Of a stretch of DNA of 61,106 nt, positions 25,665-34,801 are shown piece after piece. The translations under genes were made by a program, and so were the position numbers. The stretch lies in NCBI GenBank assembly GCA_030698775.1, contig JAUYMJ010000028.1, positions 1 through 61,106 on the forward strand, read 5' to 3'. The notes below the pieces were generated by a model. That model saw only the letters and a program-made list of their open reading frames with translations, did not search any database and was not told where the DNA came from. Origin of the DNA: a bacterium (GTDB lineage: Bacteria; Patescibacteriota; Microgenomatia; Levybacterales; UBA12049). Position 1 is the stretch's first letter; the number at the start of each line of letters is the position of its first letter.

Positions 25665-25860
25665 AGCAATCAGTAATCCCAAACGTCTTTAGTATTTAGC
25701 CTCATTCTGTTACAATCCATTAGAAAGCGCAAATCGAAAATCTTAAATCGCAAAACTACAGCATGAATCTAGAATGTTCCGAATCTTTGAGATTGTAGAT
25801 GTAAATTTGAGACCTGTCTGCCGGCAGGCAGGTTTGCCATTTGAATTTTGAGATAGTCTC

Positions 25861-27291
25861 ATGCTAAAACTGTATAACTCTCTAACAAGAAAGATTGAGG
25901 AATTTACACCTGTACACCCCGACAGTCTTAACGTGGGAATGTATACCTGTGGTCCTACTGTGTATGATTTTGCCCATATAGGCAATTTCCGTACCTATAC
26001 AACATCTGATTTACTGCTTCGTACTCTCCAGTACAACGGCTACGAGGTCGACTATGTCATGAATATCACAGACGTCGGGCATCTGACCGGGGACAACTTG
26101 GGCGATGCGGATTTTGGTGAGGATAGGATGGAGAAGTCAGCCAAAAAAGAGGGAAAATCTGCTTGGGAAATTGCTGCGTTTTACACAGACGCATTTTTGA
26201 AAGACTACAAAGCGCTTAACCTTATCCCACCAACGCATCTCGTCAAAGCGACCGATCACATCAAAGAGCAGATCGAACTCGTCAAAACGCTTGAGGAGAA
26301 AGGGTTTACCTATCAGACAACTGACGGGATTTATTTTGATACGACGAAATTACAAGATTATGGCAGGCTTTCCAATTTGGATGAGATCAAAGAAGGGGCG
26401 CGAATGGAAGTCAATCAGGAAAAACATAACCCTCGTGATTTTGCATTGTGGAAATTTAGTTATCCGAATGGAACGTCGCGACCCGCAAGGCAGATGGAGT
26501 GGGATAGTCCGTGGGGAGTCGGGTTCCCCGGGTGGCATATAGAGTGTTCGGCTATGGCGATGAAGTATCTCGGGCCGTCTTTTGACATTCACGTCGGCGG
26601 TGTCGATCTTCGCGAGACCCATCATCCGAATGAAATTGCCCAGTCCGAGGCTGCGACAGGAAAACAATTCGTCAAGTACTGGGTGCATGGCGCGTTTATA
26701 CTCGTCCAAGGGGAAAGGATGAGCAAGAGCAAGGGGAATAATTACAAATTGTACGATTTAGAGAAACAGGGATTTGACGCCATTGCTCTTCGCTATCTTT
26801 ATATGCAGGCACATTATCGGCAGGAAATGAATTTCAGTTTTCCGGCACTTGAAGCGGCTCAGACATCGCTCAATAAACTTCGTGAATTTGTCATCCGCGC
26901 AGAGGATGTAGGAGAAGTTCCTAAGATCGGCTGTGCTGAGTTTGAGCGGCGTTTTTTGGATGCGATCAACGATGATTTGAATTTTCCTCAGGCAATGGCA
27001 ATAACTTGGGAGCTGATACATTCGAAATACCCTAATTCTGCAAAGCTAAGAAGCTTGTTAAAATTTGATAAAGTCCTTGGATTGGACTTAGAAAATGCAC
27101 AGATCATCCACGATAGGGAAGAGGCTGCAGAAATTCCCCAAGAAATAAAGGAAATGGTCAACGAGCGGAAGCGTCTTCGTAATGAACAGGACTTTAAGGC
27201 AGCAGATCAGCTTCGGGAGAAGATAAAAAGACTAGGGTACGAACTCGATGATTCGGAAAAAGGTACACGAATAAAAAGGATTAAGAGGTAA
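25861..27291 (+). CDS. cysS: cysteinyl-tRNA synthetase
   Basis: CGPTVYDFAHIGN (HIGH) and RMSKSKGN (KMSKS). Confidence 0.93.
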   Translation: MLKLYNSLTRKIEEFTPVHPDSLNVGMYTCGPTVYDFAHIGNFRTYTTSDLLLRTLQYNGYEVDYVMNITDVGHLTGDNLGDADFGEDRMEKSAKKEGKSAWEIAAFYTDAFLKDYKALNLIPPTHLVKATDHIKEQIELVKTLEEKGFTYQTTDGIYFDTTKLQDYGRLSNLDEIKEGARMEVNQEKHNPRDFALWKFSYPNGTSRPARQMEWDSPWGVGFPGWHIECSAMAMKYLGPSFDIHVGGVDLRETHHPNEIAQSEAATGKQFVKYWVHGAFILVQGERMSKSKGNNYKLYDLEKQGFDAIALRYLYMQAHYRQEMNFSFPALEAAQTSLNKLREFVIRAEDVGEVPKIGCAEFERRFLDAINDDLNFPQAMAITWELIHSKYPNSAKLRSLLKFDKVLGLDLENAQIIHDREEAAEIPQEIKEMVNERKRLRNEQDFKAADQLREKIKRLGYELDDSEKGTRIKRIKR

Positions 27292-27357
27292 TCTTTACCC
27301 CTTTTTCTGCAAGGAAAATAGCCCATAACTCTGGATAAAGAGTAGATATATGAACAT

Positions 27358-27687
27358 TTAATATGTTCTTCTATTTCCCTTTAACCCGATGTAGAAACTG
27401 AGGAGAAGATAGACAAGCAGGAGCTGCCAGAGAAGGATACTGATAAGCCCTGTGGAGAGACTGAGTGCAAGGAATGTCCTTTTGAATCCGTGCACCTCAA
27501 AGACAAACGACCCCATTCGTCCGATGACGAAGAGAATTATAAGGCCGATGAGGGGTGAGAAGAGCACCGGGACGAGGACTGTGTGCCGCGTCATCTCGCG
27601 TACCGATTTGTACGGTGTTATAACCAGACCAAGTAGCGTCTTGGTCCAGACGTAGGCGACAAATATAGCAAAAACAGGTTTTTTCAT
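27358..27687 (-). CDS. small membrane protein
   Basis: 109 aa with three or four hydrophobic helices. Confidence 0.55.
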   Translation of the reverse strand: MKKPVFAIFVAYVWTKTLLGLVITPYKSVREMTRHTVLVPVLFSPLIGLIILFVIGRMGSFVFEVHGFKRTFLALSLSTGLISILLWQLLLVYLLLSFYIGLKGNRRTY

Positions 27688-27692
27688 ACAGT

Positions 27693-27804
27693 GAAAATTG
27701 ACCTAATTAACCTAATTATTCTAATTAATCTAAAACAAATCCCAGTTTTCGAAATTGGTGCTTAGTATTTATTTAGAAATTAGATCAATTAGAGCAATTA
27801 GAAA
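27693..27804. repeat. palindromic intergenic element, family B copy 1 (ctaatt/aattag words)
   Basis: gacctaattaacctaatt ... ttagaaattagatcaattagagcaattagaaatt. The right arm nearly equals the reverse complement of the left arm of 44648-44783. Confidence 0.7.
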
Positions 27805-28044
27805 TTATCTAATAAATCCAAATCCTCCGAAAATTTTTAACACAAGCTCATAATACTTATACCCAAGCATCCACCGGAAGAGAAGCGAGAGGACGAGTGC
27901 AACCGGGATGAGGATTCTCCAGGGGTGTTGGCCAAACCATAGGCTTGACAGAAGAAAAACCCTGCGAAGCGGCATCTGCTTGATGAGCTGCTCTTGCTCT
28001 TTGGCCCGTTTCTCAAGAAGCTCTAAAAATTCCCGTTCATCCAT
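27805..28044 (-). CDS. small membrane protein downstream of the ECF sigma (anti-sigma candidate)
   Basis: 79 aa with a charged N-terminus and one or two TM helices. The assignment rests on position only. Confidence 0.45.
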   Translation of the reverse strand: MDEREFLELLEKRAKEQEQLIKQMPLRRVFLLSSLWFGQHPWRILIPVALVLSLLFRWMLGYKYYELVLKIFGGFGFIR

Positions 28045-28062
28045 ATCCTAGTGCACCAGTTC

Positions 28063-28080
28063 CTAGTAACTAGTTACTAG
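28063..28080. repeat. 18-bp perfect palindrome CTAGTAACTAGTTACTAG
   Basis: Read directly. It overlaps the sigma factor stop codon (28070-28072). Confidence 0.9.
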
Positions 28081-28618
28081 ATATATCGTATTCTTCGATA
28101 AATTTCATTCTTGCACGGAAAAGAAGCGATTCCGTGGCTTTTGGCGTCATGTTCAATTCGAGTGCAATTTCCTTGACCCGCATGCCGTCTTCGTAATGCA
28201 TCCTCAGGATCATTGCATATTTTGTCGAGATACGACTCATCACGCCTTCTATTTTCTCCCTCACTTTTTCTTTCTCCAGCACAAATTCCGGCTGTGTCAT
28301 TTCTTTGGCTGCAAATTCAAGGTAGGGTATCTGGGAGAAAAGGACTGATTTTAATTTCCGCTTGCGGTAATAGTCAATCGTTTTGTTTCTGGCAATCCGA
28401 TAGAGCCACCCCATGACATTTTGTTCGTGTTTGAGAAGCGGGATCTCGTCGAGTGCGTCAAGGAAAACGTCGTTGAGGATTTCCTGGGCAATTTCTTTCG
28501 GGACACGCCGTTCAAGATAGATGAGGATTCGTGGGGAAAAAGACCGGTAGAACTCCAAAATTGCGGCATTTTCGCCGCGTTTAATACGGTCAATCAAGGA
28601 CATGCAATAATTATACAT
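28070..28618 (-). CDS. ECF-type RNA polymerase sigma-70 factor
   Basis: Region 2 (WLYRIARNKTIDYYRKRK) and region 4 (YEDGMRVKEIALELNMTPKATESLLFRAR). Confidence 0.85.
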   Translation of the reverse strand: MYNYCMSLIDRIKRGENAAILEFYRSFSPRILIYLERRVPKEIAQEILNDVFLDALDEIPLLKHEQNVMGWLYRIARNKTIDYYRKRKLKSVLFSQIPYLEFAAKEMTQPEFVLEKEKVREKIEGVMSRISTKYAMILRMHYEDGMRVKEIALELNMTPKATESLLFRARMKFIEEYDISSN

Positions 28619-28649
28619 TTTCTACAAACATATTTCTATGCTATAATCG

Positions 28650-28738
28650 CTGCATTGGGGAGCTGGGTGGGAGTCCCGGCTGAGAGGTCGCCTTAGGCGA
28701 CGACCCTTTGAACCTGTCCAGGTAATGCTGGAAAGGGA
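28650..28738 (+). promoter_or_regulatory. TPP (THI-box) riboswitch
   Basis: ggggagc..CTGAGAgg..ACCCTTTGAACCTGTCCAGGTAATGCTGGAAAGGGA. TATAAT lies at 28642-28647 and the ATG at 28742. Confidence 0.88.
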
Positions 28739-28741
28739 TAT

Positions 28742-29782
28742 ATGAAACGAATCGGATTTTTATTTGTTTTTGCACTCCTCGCACTAACTGTCGTGATTGT
28801 TGGCTGGCGCTTCGCGAGCAAAAGAAAGATCGTGACAACACCGGTAACAAACGCGTCGCCAACTACCACCGTATCAGTCGCCCTTGACTGGACACCCAAC
28901 ACCAACCACACCGGCATTTATGTCGCCATAGCCAAGGGATGGTATAAAGAGCAGGGGATTGACCTTCGGATATTGCCGTATTCCTCAACTGTTACCCCTG
29001 ATATTTTGGTCAGTAGCGGCAAGGCAGATTTCGGCATCAGCTCCACAGAAAGCGTCGTTGCAAATAGGGCTTTGGGTCAGGACGTCATTTCAGTCGCAGC
29101 AATCATACAGCACAACACCTCCTCTCTTGCCGTATTGGAAGGTTCAGATATCACAAGCCCCAAAGCATTAGACGGGAAAATATACGGTGGCTTTGGGTCC
29201 CCATCTGAGGAGGCAGTTGTCAATGCGATAATTAAAAAAGACGGTGGAGCGGGAACAGTGAAAAATATCGTGCTTGAGACAGGGGCAATGGAAGCGCTTA
29301 AGGCTAAAAGAGTCGATGCCGTCTGGATTTATGACGGGTGGGAGGGAATACAAGCAAAGCGCGACGGGGTACATCTCCGAACTTTTCCGATCATCAAGTT
29401 TGGTATCGATGATTATTATACGCCCGTTATTATCGCAAGCCCGACGTCGATTGCAGCAAAAAATCAGCTCTATAAAAAATTTATGACAGCGACCAGAAAA
29501 GGGTATGAATATGCCACGTCACATCCGAACGAGTCAGCAGCGCTCCTCATCGCAAATGCACCAAAGGGCACATTTCCCGATACCGGGCTTGTGGTTGAAA
29601 GTCAGGAATACCTGAGTCCCAGGTATACTGACCAGGGGAAACCGTGGGGTGTACAGGAGAGTGCTTCATGGCAGGGGTATCCGGAGTTTTTACTCACTTC
29701 AAAAGCAATTCTTGATAGCAAAGGCAAACCGGTGACGACGATTGATTTTAACAGTTTGTATACAAATGAACTCTTACAGTAA
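28742..29782 (+). CDS. thiY: NMT1/THI5-like ABC substrate-binding protein (ThiY-type, pyrimidine precursor uptake)
   Basis: Signal anchor, then LDWTPNTNHTGIYVAIAKGWYKEQGIDL. The gene is under the TPP riboswitch. Confidence 0.75.
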   Translation: MKRIGFLFVFALLALTVVIVGWRFASKRKIVTTPVTNASPTTTVSVALDWTPNTNHTGIYVAIAKGWYKEQGIDLRILPYSSTVTPDILVSSGKADFGISSTESVVANRALGQDVISVAAIIQHNTSSLAVLEGSDITSPKALDGKIYGGFGSPSEEAVVNAIIKKDGGAGTVKNIVLETGAMEALKAKRVDAVWIYDGWEGIQAKRDGVHLRTFPIIKFGIDDYYTPVIIASPTSIAAKNQLYKKFMTATRKGYEYATSHPNESAALLIANAPKGTFPDTGLVVESQEYLSPRYTDQGKPWGVQESASWQGYPEFLLTSKAILDSKGKPVTTIDFNSLYTNELLQ

Positions 29783-29864
29783 ATAGTTGCTACATTGTTA
29801 CCTCGCCTTCGTCCTCTCCCGCTTCGCGGGAGAGGAAACAATAAAATAATTTAACAATCAAACA

Positions 29865-30611
29865 ATGAACGCCCTTGAACTTATACATATCTCCAAATCT
29901 TTCGGTACACTTCAGGTTCTCAAGGACATCAGAGTGAAAGTAAACCCCGGCCAATTTGTCTCACTCATCGGACCAAGCGGATGCGGAAAAAGTACGCTTC
30001 TTCGTTTGATTGCCGGTGTTGAAAATCAGTCGGATGGTGAAATAGCTATTTTTGAAAAACGAGTTGTTGACAGAAAGGGGACTTCAGGGTACATGCCGCA
30101 AAAGCCGCTTCTTCTCCCGTGGCGGAATGTGCTGGAAAACGTGTTGCTGGGTGCGGATATACAAGGTGCAGCGCGGTCAGGGTCACTCAAGAAAGCACAG
30201 CAATTACTGCGAGAATTCGGTCTTGGTGATTTTATGGCGTCACATCCGCGGATTCTCTCAGGTGGCATGGCGCAAAAAGTCGCACTCCTTCGGACTATTC
30301 TTTACAACAACAACCTGCTCCTACTTGATGAGCCGTTTGGCGCACTTGATGCACTGACGCGACAGTCACTGCAGTTATGGCTATTGAAACTTTGGGACAA
30401 GCACCGCGCTACAGTCCTTTTTGTTACCCACGATATACGGGAGGCGATACTTCTTTCAGACAGGATTCTTGTGATGAGTGAGCGCCCCGGAAGAATAATT
30501 GCAGATATCCCTGTAGATATCCAAAGGCCAAGAAAAAGGGAACACCTCGCTCAGAAAAAAAATGTACAAATTGAACAACGATTATTCCATTTACTAATGA
30601 ACGAGAATTAA
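29865..30611 (+). CDS. thiZ: ABC transporter ATP-binding protein (NitT/TauT family, ThiZ-type)
   Basis: GPSGCGKST (Walker A), LSGGMAQKV (signature) and LLLLDEPF (Walker B). Confidence 0.85.
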   Translation: MNALELIHISKSFGTLQVLKDIRVKVNPGQFVSLIGPSGCGKSTLLRLIAGVENQSDGEIAIFEKRVVDRKGTSGYMPQKPLLLPWRNVLENVLLGADIQGAARSGSLKKAQQLLREFGLGDFMASHPRILSGGMAQKVALLRTILYNNNLLLLDEPFGALDALTRQSLQLWLLKLWDKHRATVLFVTHDIREAILLSDRILVMSERPGRIIADIPVDIQRPRKREHLAQKKNVQIEQRLFHLLMNEN

Positions 30612-30636
30612 AATAGAACAAGAAAACAATGTAACA

Positions 30637-31395
30637 ATGAATCTGAAAAAATTCGCATCCTTTGGTCCCGCATTCATTGTGCTTCTTTGTCTTTTTCTTC
30701 TTTGGCAAATTACCGGGCAGGTGAGTGGGGTAAGTAGCCGGGTTTTACCGTTGCCTTTGCAAATCGTCACAGCACTTGTAACAAATTGGTCTGACCTTTC
30801 TCCACATGTTTTGCAAACATTTGTTGAAACAGTAATCGGGTTATTTTTGGCTATTATATTGGGGTCGGGTATTGCATTACTTCTTGACCTTTCAAAACCG
30901 ATACGGCGTGCACTGTATCCGCTTCTTGTCTCCTCACAAACAATCCCGCTTATTGCATTGGCTCCACTTCTTTTATTGTGGTTTGGGTTTGGGATTTTCC
31001 CGAAAGTGGTGATGGTTGTGTTGTATTGTTTTTTCCCCATCGCTGTTGCGATGGCAGGCGGGTTGGCGCAGGCGGATACGGAACTTGGGGATTTGCTGAA
31101 AAGCATGAAGGCAACCTATTGGCAATCGCTTCGCTACGTCCGTATCCCCGGAGCCTTGCCGTCATTTTTTGCAGGTCTCAAAATCGCAGCGACGTATAGC
31201 GTGAGTGGGGCAATAGTCGGGGAATATGTCGGTGCGTATCAGGGACTCGGAGTTTACATGCAGACGATGGCACATTCGTATGCAACCGCAAATGTTTTTG
31301 CAGCGATAGTTGTCACAGCCATGCTCAGTTTAGTCCTTTTTAGCGTCGTTTCACTACTTGAGAAAGTGTTTTCTATGTACAGTGAGGCAAATTAG
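30637..31395 (+). CDS. thiX: ABC transporter permease (ThiX-type)
   Basis: Six-helix BPD-type permease with an EAA-like loop. Confidence 0.8.
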   Translation: MNLKKFASFGPAFIVLLCLFLLWQITGQVSGVSSRVLPLPLQIVTALVTNWSDLSPHVLQTFVETVIGLFLAIILGSGIALLLDLSKPIRRALYPLLVSSQTIPLIALAPLLLLWFGFGIFPKVVMVVLYCFFPIAVAMAGGLAQADTELGDLLKSMKATYWQSLRYVRIPGALPSFFAGLKIAATYSVSGAIVGEYVGAYQGLGVYMQTMAHSYATANVFAAIVVTAMLSLVLFSVVSLLEKVFSMYSEAN

Positions 31396-31435
31396 CTTGC
31401 AATGGGTCGAGTGATTTCGGAGGATTCCAGAAGTA

Positions 31436-31453
31436 CGGGAAAGATCTTTCCCG
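31436..31453. terminator. 18-bp perfect palindrome after thiX (hairpin, no T-run)
   Basis: cgggaaagatctttcccg. Confidence 0.3.
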
Positions 31454-31479
31454 GCTGTCAGTAAAAAGAGGAGAATCGC

Positions 31480-31508
31480 TTGACATACTCTAGGACGAAA
31501 TGTAAGAT
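31480..31508 (+). promoter_or_regulatory. promoter, leaderless layout
   Basis: TTGACA-17-TAAGAT, then 7 nt to ATG 31516. The ORF-track TTG start is the -35 box. Confidence 0.6.
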
Positions 31509-31515
31509 ACGCTCC

Positions 31516-32226
31516 ATGCGATTAGAACAGGGACAAATTACAGTACTAAAGCAAGAGCAAGCGATAATTGAGAACTCATATAGTTCATTAAAAGATTTTA
31601 TACAAGTTTCATTCGCAATCGATTTTCCAAAAGATATTTCCGGAAAGCGCATTTTGGGCGTTGGAGAAGGACTGTCAGAGGCGACTCTTCGCTTGAGGGA
31701 AATGGGAGCTGAGGCATGGGCTATTGACCCGAAATATGCCGACATGAAAGCTCTCAGAAAGGGTCTTGAGGAGGATCTTACCATTTTTCGAACCTGGCTA
31801 TTAGGGGATCAGTCGATGACTGACTCGGAAAAATACATTATAATGAGGCGTAACACGAATACGGTCGATAGTTTTTTCTCCCCAAATGACAATGCAAACA
31901 GACAATATCATATTGCCGCATCAGCATGTTTTTTACCTTTTGCGGATAGAACATTTGACCTTTATTTTTCAAGCTACGCTGTGAGCAGTTTTCTTCTCCC
32001 AAGCGATGTTGTTTTCAGGCAGGCGATTGATGAGGGTCTTCGTGTGCTAAGGCCAGGTGGTGAATTGCAGCTCTATCCGTGGGTACCAAATGAGAAGGGG
32101 GATCATCCGGAGGAACGAGCAACACAAGAGAGGCTTTTTGAAAATCTGCAATCAAGAAGTATTGCTTTTGCTGTTGAACCGACCTCATATACTACTCCAC
32201 CAAGGCTCAAGATAACATTGCCGTAA
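31516..32226 (+). CDS. class I SAM-dependent methyltransferase
   Basis: RILGVGEGLSEATL (motif I), AWAIDPKY, FDLYFSSYAV and LRPGGELQLYPW. Confidence 0.65.
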   Translation: MRLEQGQITVLKQEQAIIENSYSSLKDFIQVSFAIDFPKDISGKRILGVGEGLSEATLRLREMGAEAWAIDPKYADMKALRKGLEEDLTIFRTWLLGDQSMTDSEKYIIMRRNTNTVDSFFSPNDNANRQYHIAASACFLPFADRTFDLYFSSYAVSSFLLPSDVVFRQAIDEGLRVLRPGGELQLYPWVPNEKGDHPEERATQERLFENLQSRSIAFAVEPTSYTTPPRLKITLP

Positions 32227-32403
32227 GACATAGAGCTCCGACGTAGGATTAGATCCTCTTACACCAACGAATGATTTTTTAGATCCTCGCGATAAAGTAA
32301 TACAGGAATCCTCTCGAGTCGAAGACGAGACTCAGGTCGTCAGATCTGAGCAGCGTGACCCTTGACAAGGGAGGTTTTGTCGTACGCCACAGGCGTACAA
32401 GAT

Positions 32404-33564
32404 ATGAATCTAAGAGACCATAAAGACACAAAAACCAGACGTAGAGCCTTGGAGAAAGAGCTCTCAGTTGATGTACCACATATTGCTGCGTATACCCCTG
32501 ATTTAGAAATTGCATCCACAAAAAATTGCGAGAATATGATTGGTGCAGTGCAGATACCGTTAGGTATCGCAGGTCCATTGAAAATTCAGAGTTCTGAGTT
32601 AAAAGTTCAGAGTTATTATTTACCTTTGGCAACGACGGAAGGTGTGTTGGTTGCGTCGATTAGTCGCGGCTGCAAGGCAATCACACAGGCCGGGGGAGCA
32701 ATCGTGCACACCCATAAAGTTGGGACGACGCGTGGCCCCGTATTTTATACCGGCTCCATCAGGGAAGGGACGAGACTGCACAACTTTGTCAAAAATCAAA
32801 AAGCAAAAATCAAAAAGATTGCAGAGGGTACGTCCAACCATTTGGAGCTGAAAGATATAAAAACAAAGAGCATACCAAACTATACATTTTTGCGTTTTTC
32901 CTACGACACGGGTGATGCCATGGGGATGAATATGGTGACGATCGCGACACAGGCAGCGGGTGAGTTTATTGAAAAAGAAACTGGGATTCCATGTCTTTCG
33001 GTTGCAGGGAATTTTGATGTTGACAAAAAACCGGCCTGGCTTAATTCGATTAACCATAGGGGGATAAAAGCCTGGGCCGAGGTTGTTCTTCAAAGAAGAA
33101 TTCTTAAAGACATACTAAAAACTACACCAGAGAAATTTTTTGATGTCTGGCTAGGGAAGGTGATGCTGGGAAGTGCTGTTTCCGGGTCAATCGGGTTTAA
33201 TGCTCATATCGCCAATGTCATTGCAGCGCTCTTCATAGCGACAGGACAGGATCCATCACACGTTGTTGAAGGATCTTTGGGAATTACTACTGCAAAGGTT
33301 TTGGATAGTGGGGATCTCTATGTTGGTGTCTTTCTCCCTTCCCTTCTTGTTGGTACAGTAGGTGGAGGGACAAGTCTCCCGACGCAAAAAGAAGCACTGT
33401 CGGTACTCGGGGTCAGTGGGGCCGGGAAGGTTGAAGAATTCGCTCAGATTGTTGTAGCAGCCTGTCTGGCAGGAGAGGTTTCACTCTTAGCGAGTTTAAG
33501 CGAGGGTTCACTTGCGAGAGCTCACGAGCGATTAGGTCGGGATACGGTCAAAAATCAAAAATGA
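32404..33564 (+). CDS. mvaA: HMG-CoA reductase, class I (archaeal/eukaryotic catalytic-domain type)
   Basis: ENMIGAVQIPLG, ATTEGVLVAS, DAMGMNMV and GTVGGGT. ATG 32404 lies within the ORF-track frame. Confidence 0.9.
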   Translation: MNLRDHKDTKTRRRALEKELSVDVPHIAAYTPDLEIASTKNCENMIGAVQIPLGIAGPLKIQSSELKVQSYYLPLATTEGVLVASISRGCKAITQAGGAIVHTHKVGTTRGPVFYTGSIREGTRLHNFVKNQKAKIKKIAEGTSNHLELKDIKTKSIPNYTFLRFSYDTGDAMGMNMVTIATQAAGEFIEKETGIPCLSVAGNFDVDKKPAWLNSINHRGIKAWAEVVLQRRILKDILKTTPEKFFDVWLGKVMLGSAVSGSIGFNAHIANVIAALFIATGQDPSHVVEGSLGITTAKVLDSGDLYVGVFLPSLLVGTVGGGTSLPTQKEALSVLGVSGAGKVEEFAQIVVAACLAGEVSLLASLSEGSLARAHERLGRDTVKNQK

Positions 33565-33648
33565 AAGATCAAAAACAAGATCAAAGATAAAAAATTTGAA
33601 ACTTTATGTTTTGGATTTGAGATTTGATCTTTGCGCTTTGAGATTATT
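33551..33648. repeat. palindromic element family A, copy 1
   Basis: aaagatcaaaaacaagatcaaa (33564-33585) and tttgatctttgcgctttgagatt (33623-33645) are identical to the arms at 41559-41580 and 41610-41632. Confidence 0.85.
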
Positions 33649-34686
33649 ATGGTAGGTATAGTCAGTTACGGTACATACATCCCGAAATATCGCATCAAGA
33701 TAGAGGATATTGCAAAGGCGTGGCAGAAAAACCCTGATGATATTGTCGACGCAATCCGTGTAAAAGAGAAAGCAGTTCCCAATACCGACGAAGATGCGAT
33801 CACTATGGGTGTTGAGGCGACGGTACGGGCTCTGCGGACAACAAACCTTGATCCGAAAAAGATCCAGAGTGTCTTCGTCGGATCAGAGAGCCACCCTTAC
33901 GCAGTCAATCCTTCAGCGACAATTATTGCCGAAGCAATCGGCATGGGCAATCACTATTTTGCCGTTGACATGAAGTTTGCATGTAAGGCTGCAACAGCTG
34001 CAATGCAGGTGACGGTCGGATTGCTGGGAAGTGGGGAAATTGAGTATGGGCTAGTTATCGGTTCAGACACTGCGCAAGCAAAACCTCATGACGTACTCGA
34101 GTATAGCGCGGCGAGTCTGGCAGCATCGTATATCTTAGGAAATCACAAAGAAGAGGTGCTTGCAGAAGTTACTGCAATGTCATCTTTTTCCTCAAACACA
34201 CCCGATTTCTGGCGTAGAGACGGCGTGAGATATCCCTCGCATTTTGGCAGGTTTACCGGACAGCCGGCATATTTTGCACATGTTTTAGGTGAGTCGGAGG
34301 CTCTCCTTGAGAAGTCCGGGTTGAGGCCTAAAGATTTTGATTACTGCTTGTTCCACATGCCAAACGGTAAGTTTCCACGTTCTGTTGCAACAAAGCTTGG
34401 GTTCACGAAAGAGCAACTTTTGCCCTCATTGACTGTTGACATGGTCGGTAACCCATATACCGCCTCCGCGTTTCTCGGGCTGGCGGCAATTTTGGATATT
34501 GCCCGTCCCGGACAGAGGATATTCTTTGTATCATACGGTTCAGGCGCCGGGGCAGACGGGTTCATTTTTGAAACGACGAAGAAACTTAAAGATTTTCAGA
34601 AAAAGACGCTTCCTGTTGCAAAACAAATTGCGGATAAAGAATATATTAGTTATTTGGAATATCTGCAGAAGACACACAAGCTTTAA
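33649..34686 (+). CDS. HMG-CoA synthase, archaeal type
   Basis: N-terminal VGIVSYGTYIPKYRIKIEDIA. Thiolase-fold motifs include GSESHPY, the MKFACKAATAA Cys and FHMPNGKF. Confidence 0.85.
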   Translation: MVGIVSYGTYIPKYRIKIEDIAKAWQKNPDDIVDAIRVKEKAVPNTDEDAITMGVEATVRALRTTNLDPKKIQSVFVGSESHPYAVNPSATIIAEAIGMGNHYFAVDMKFACKAATAAMQVTVGLLGSGEIEYGLVIGSDTAQAKPHDVLEYSAASLAASYILGNHKEEVLAEVTAMSSFSSNTPDFWRRDGVRYPSHFGRFTGQPAYFAHVLGESEALLEKSGLRPKDFDYCLFHMPNGKFPRSVATKLGFTKEQLLPSLTVDMVGNPYTASAFLGLAAILDIARPGQRIFFVSYGSGAGADGFIFETTKKLKDFQKKTLPVAKQIADKEYISYLEYLQKTHKL

Positions 34687-34795
34687 AAAGATCAAAATTC
34701 AAAATGCAAAAATCAAATTCACAAATAAAAAGTAAAAATTTTTAGCTTTACGTTAGGTTTTAATCTTTGGTTTTTAATCTTTGCGCTTACATCAT
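34686..34795. repeat. palindromic element family A, copy 2 (diverged)
   Basis: aaagatcaaaattcaaaatgcaaaaatcaaa ... ttttaatctttggtttttaatctttgcgctt. Confidence 0.65.
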
Positions 34796-34801
34796 AATAA
34801 A

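Noticed and set aside
25680-25860. A second T-box leader upstream of cysS.
   Set aside because: There is no GGTGGTACC-type T-box sequence and no terminator with a T-run. The spacer is another word-built palindromic element with a GC hairpin.
33562-33564. An alternative genetic code (UGA as sense), as in some candidate phyla.
   Set aside because: TGA ends HMGR, the 1..384 ORF and others at the expected protein lengths. Conserved proteins have no in-frame TGA.
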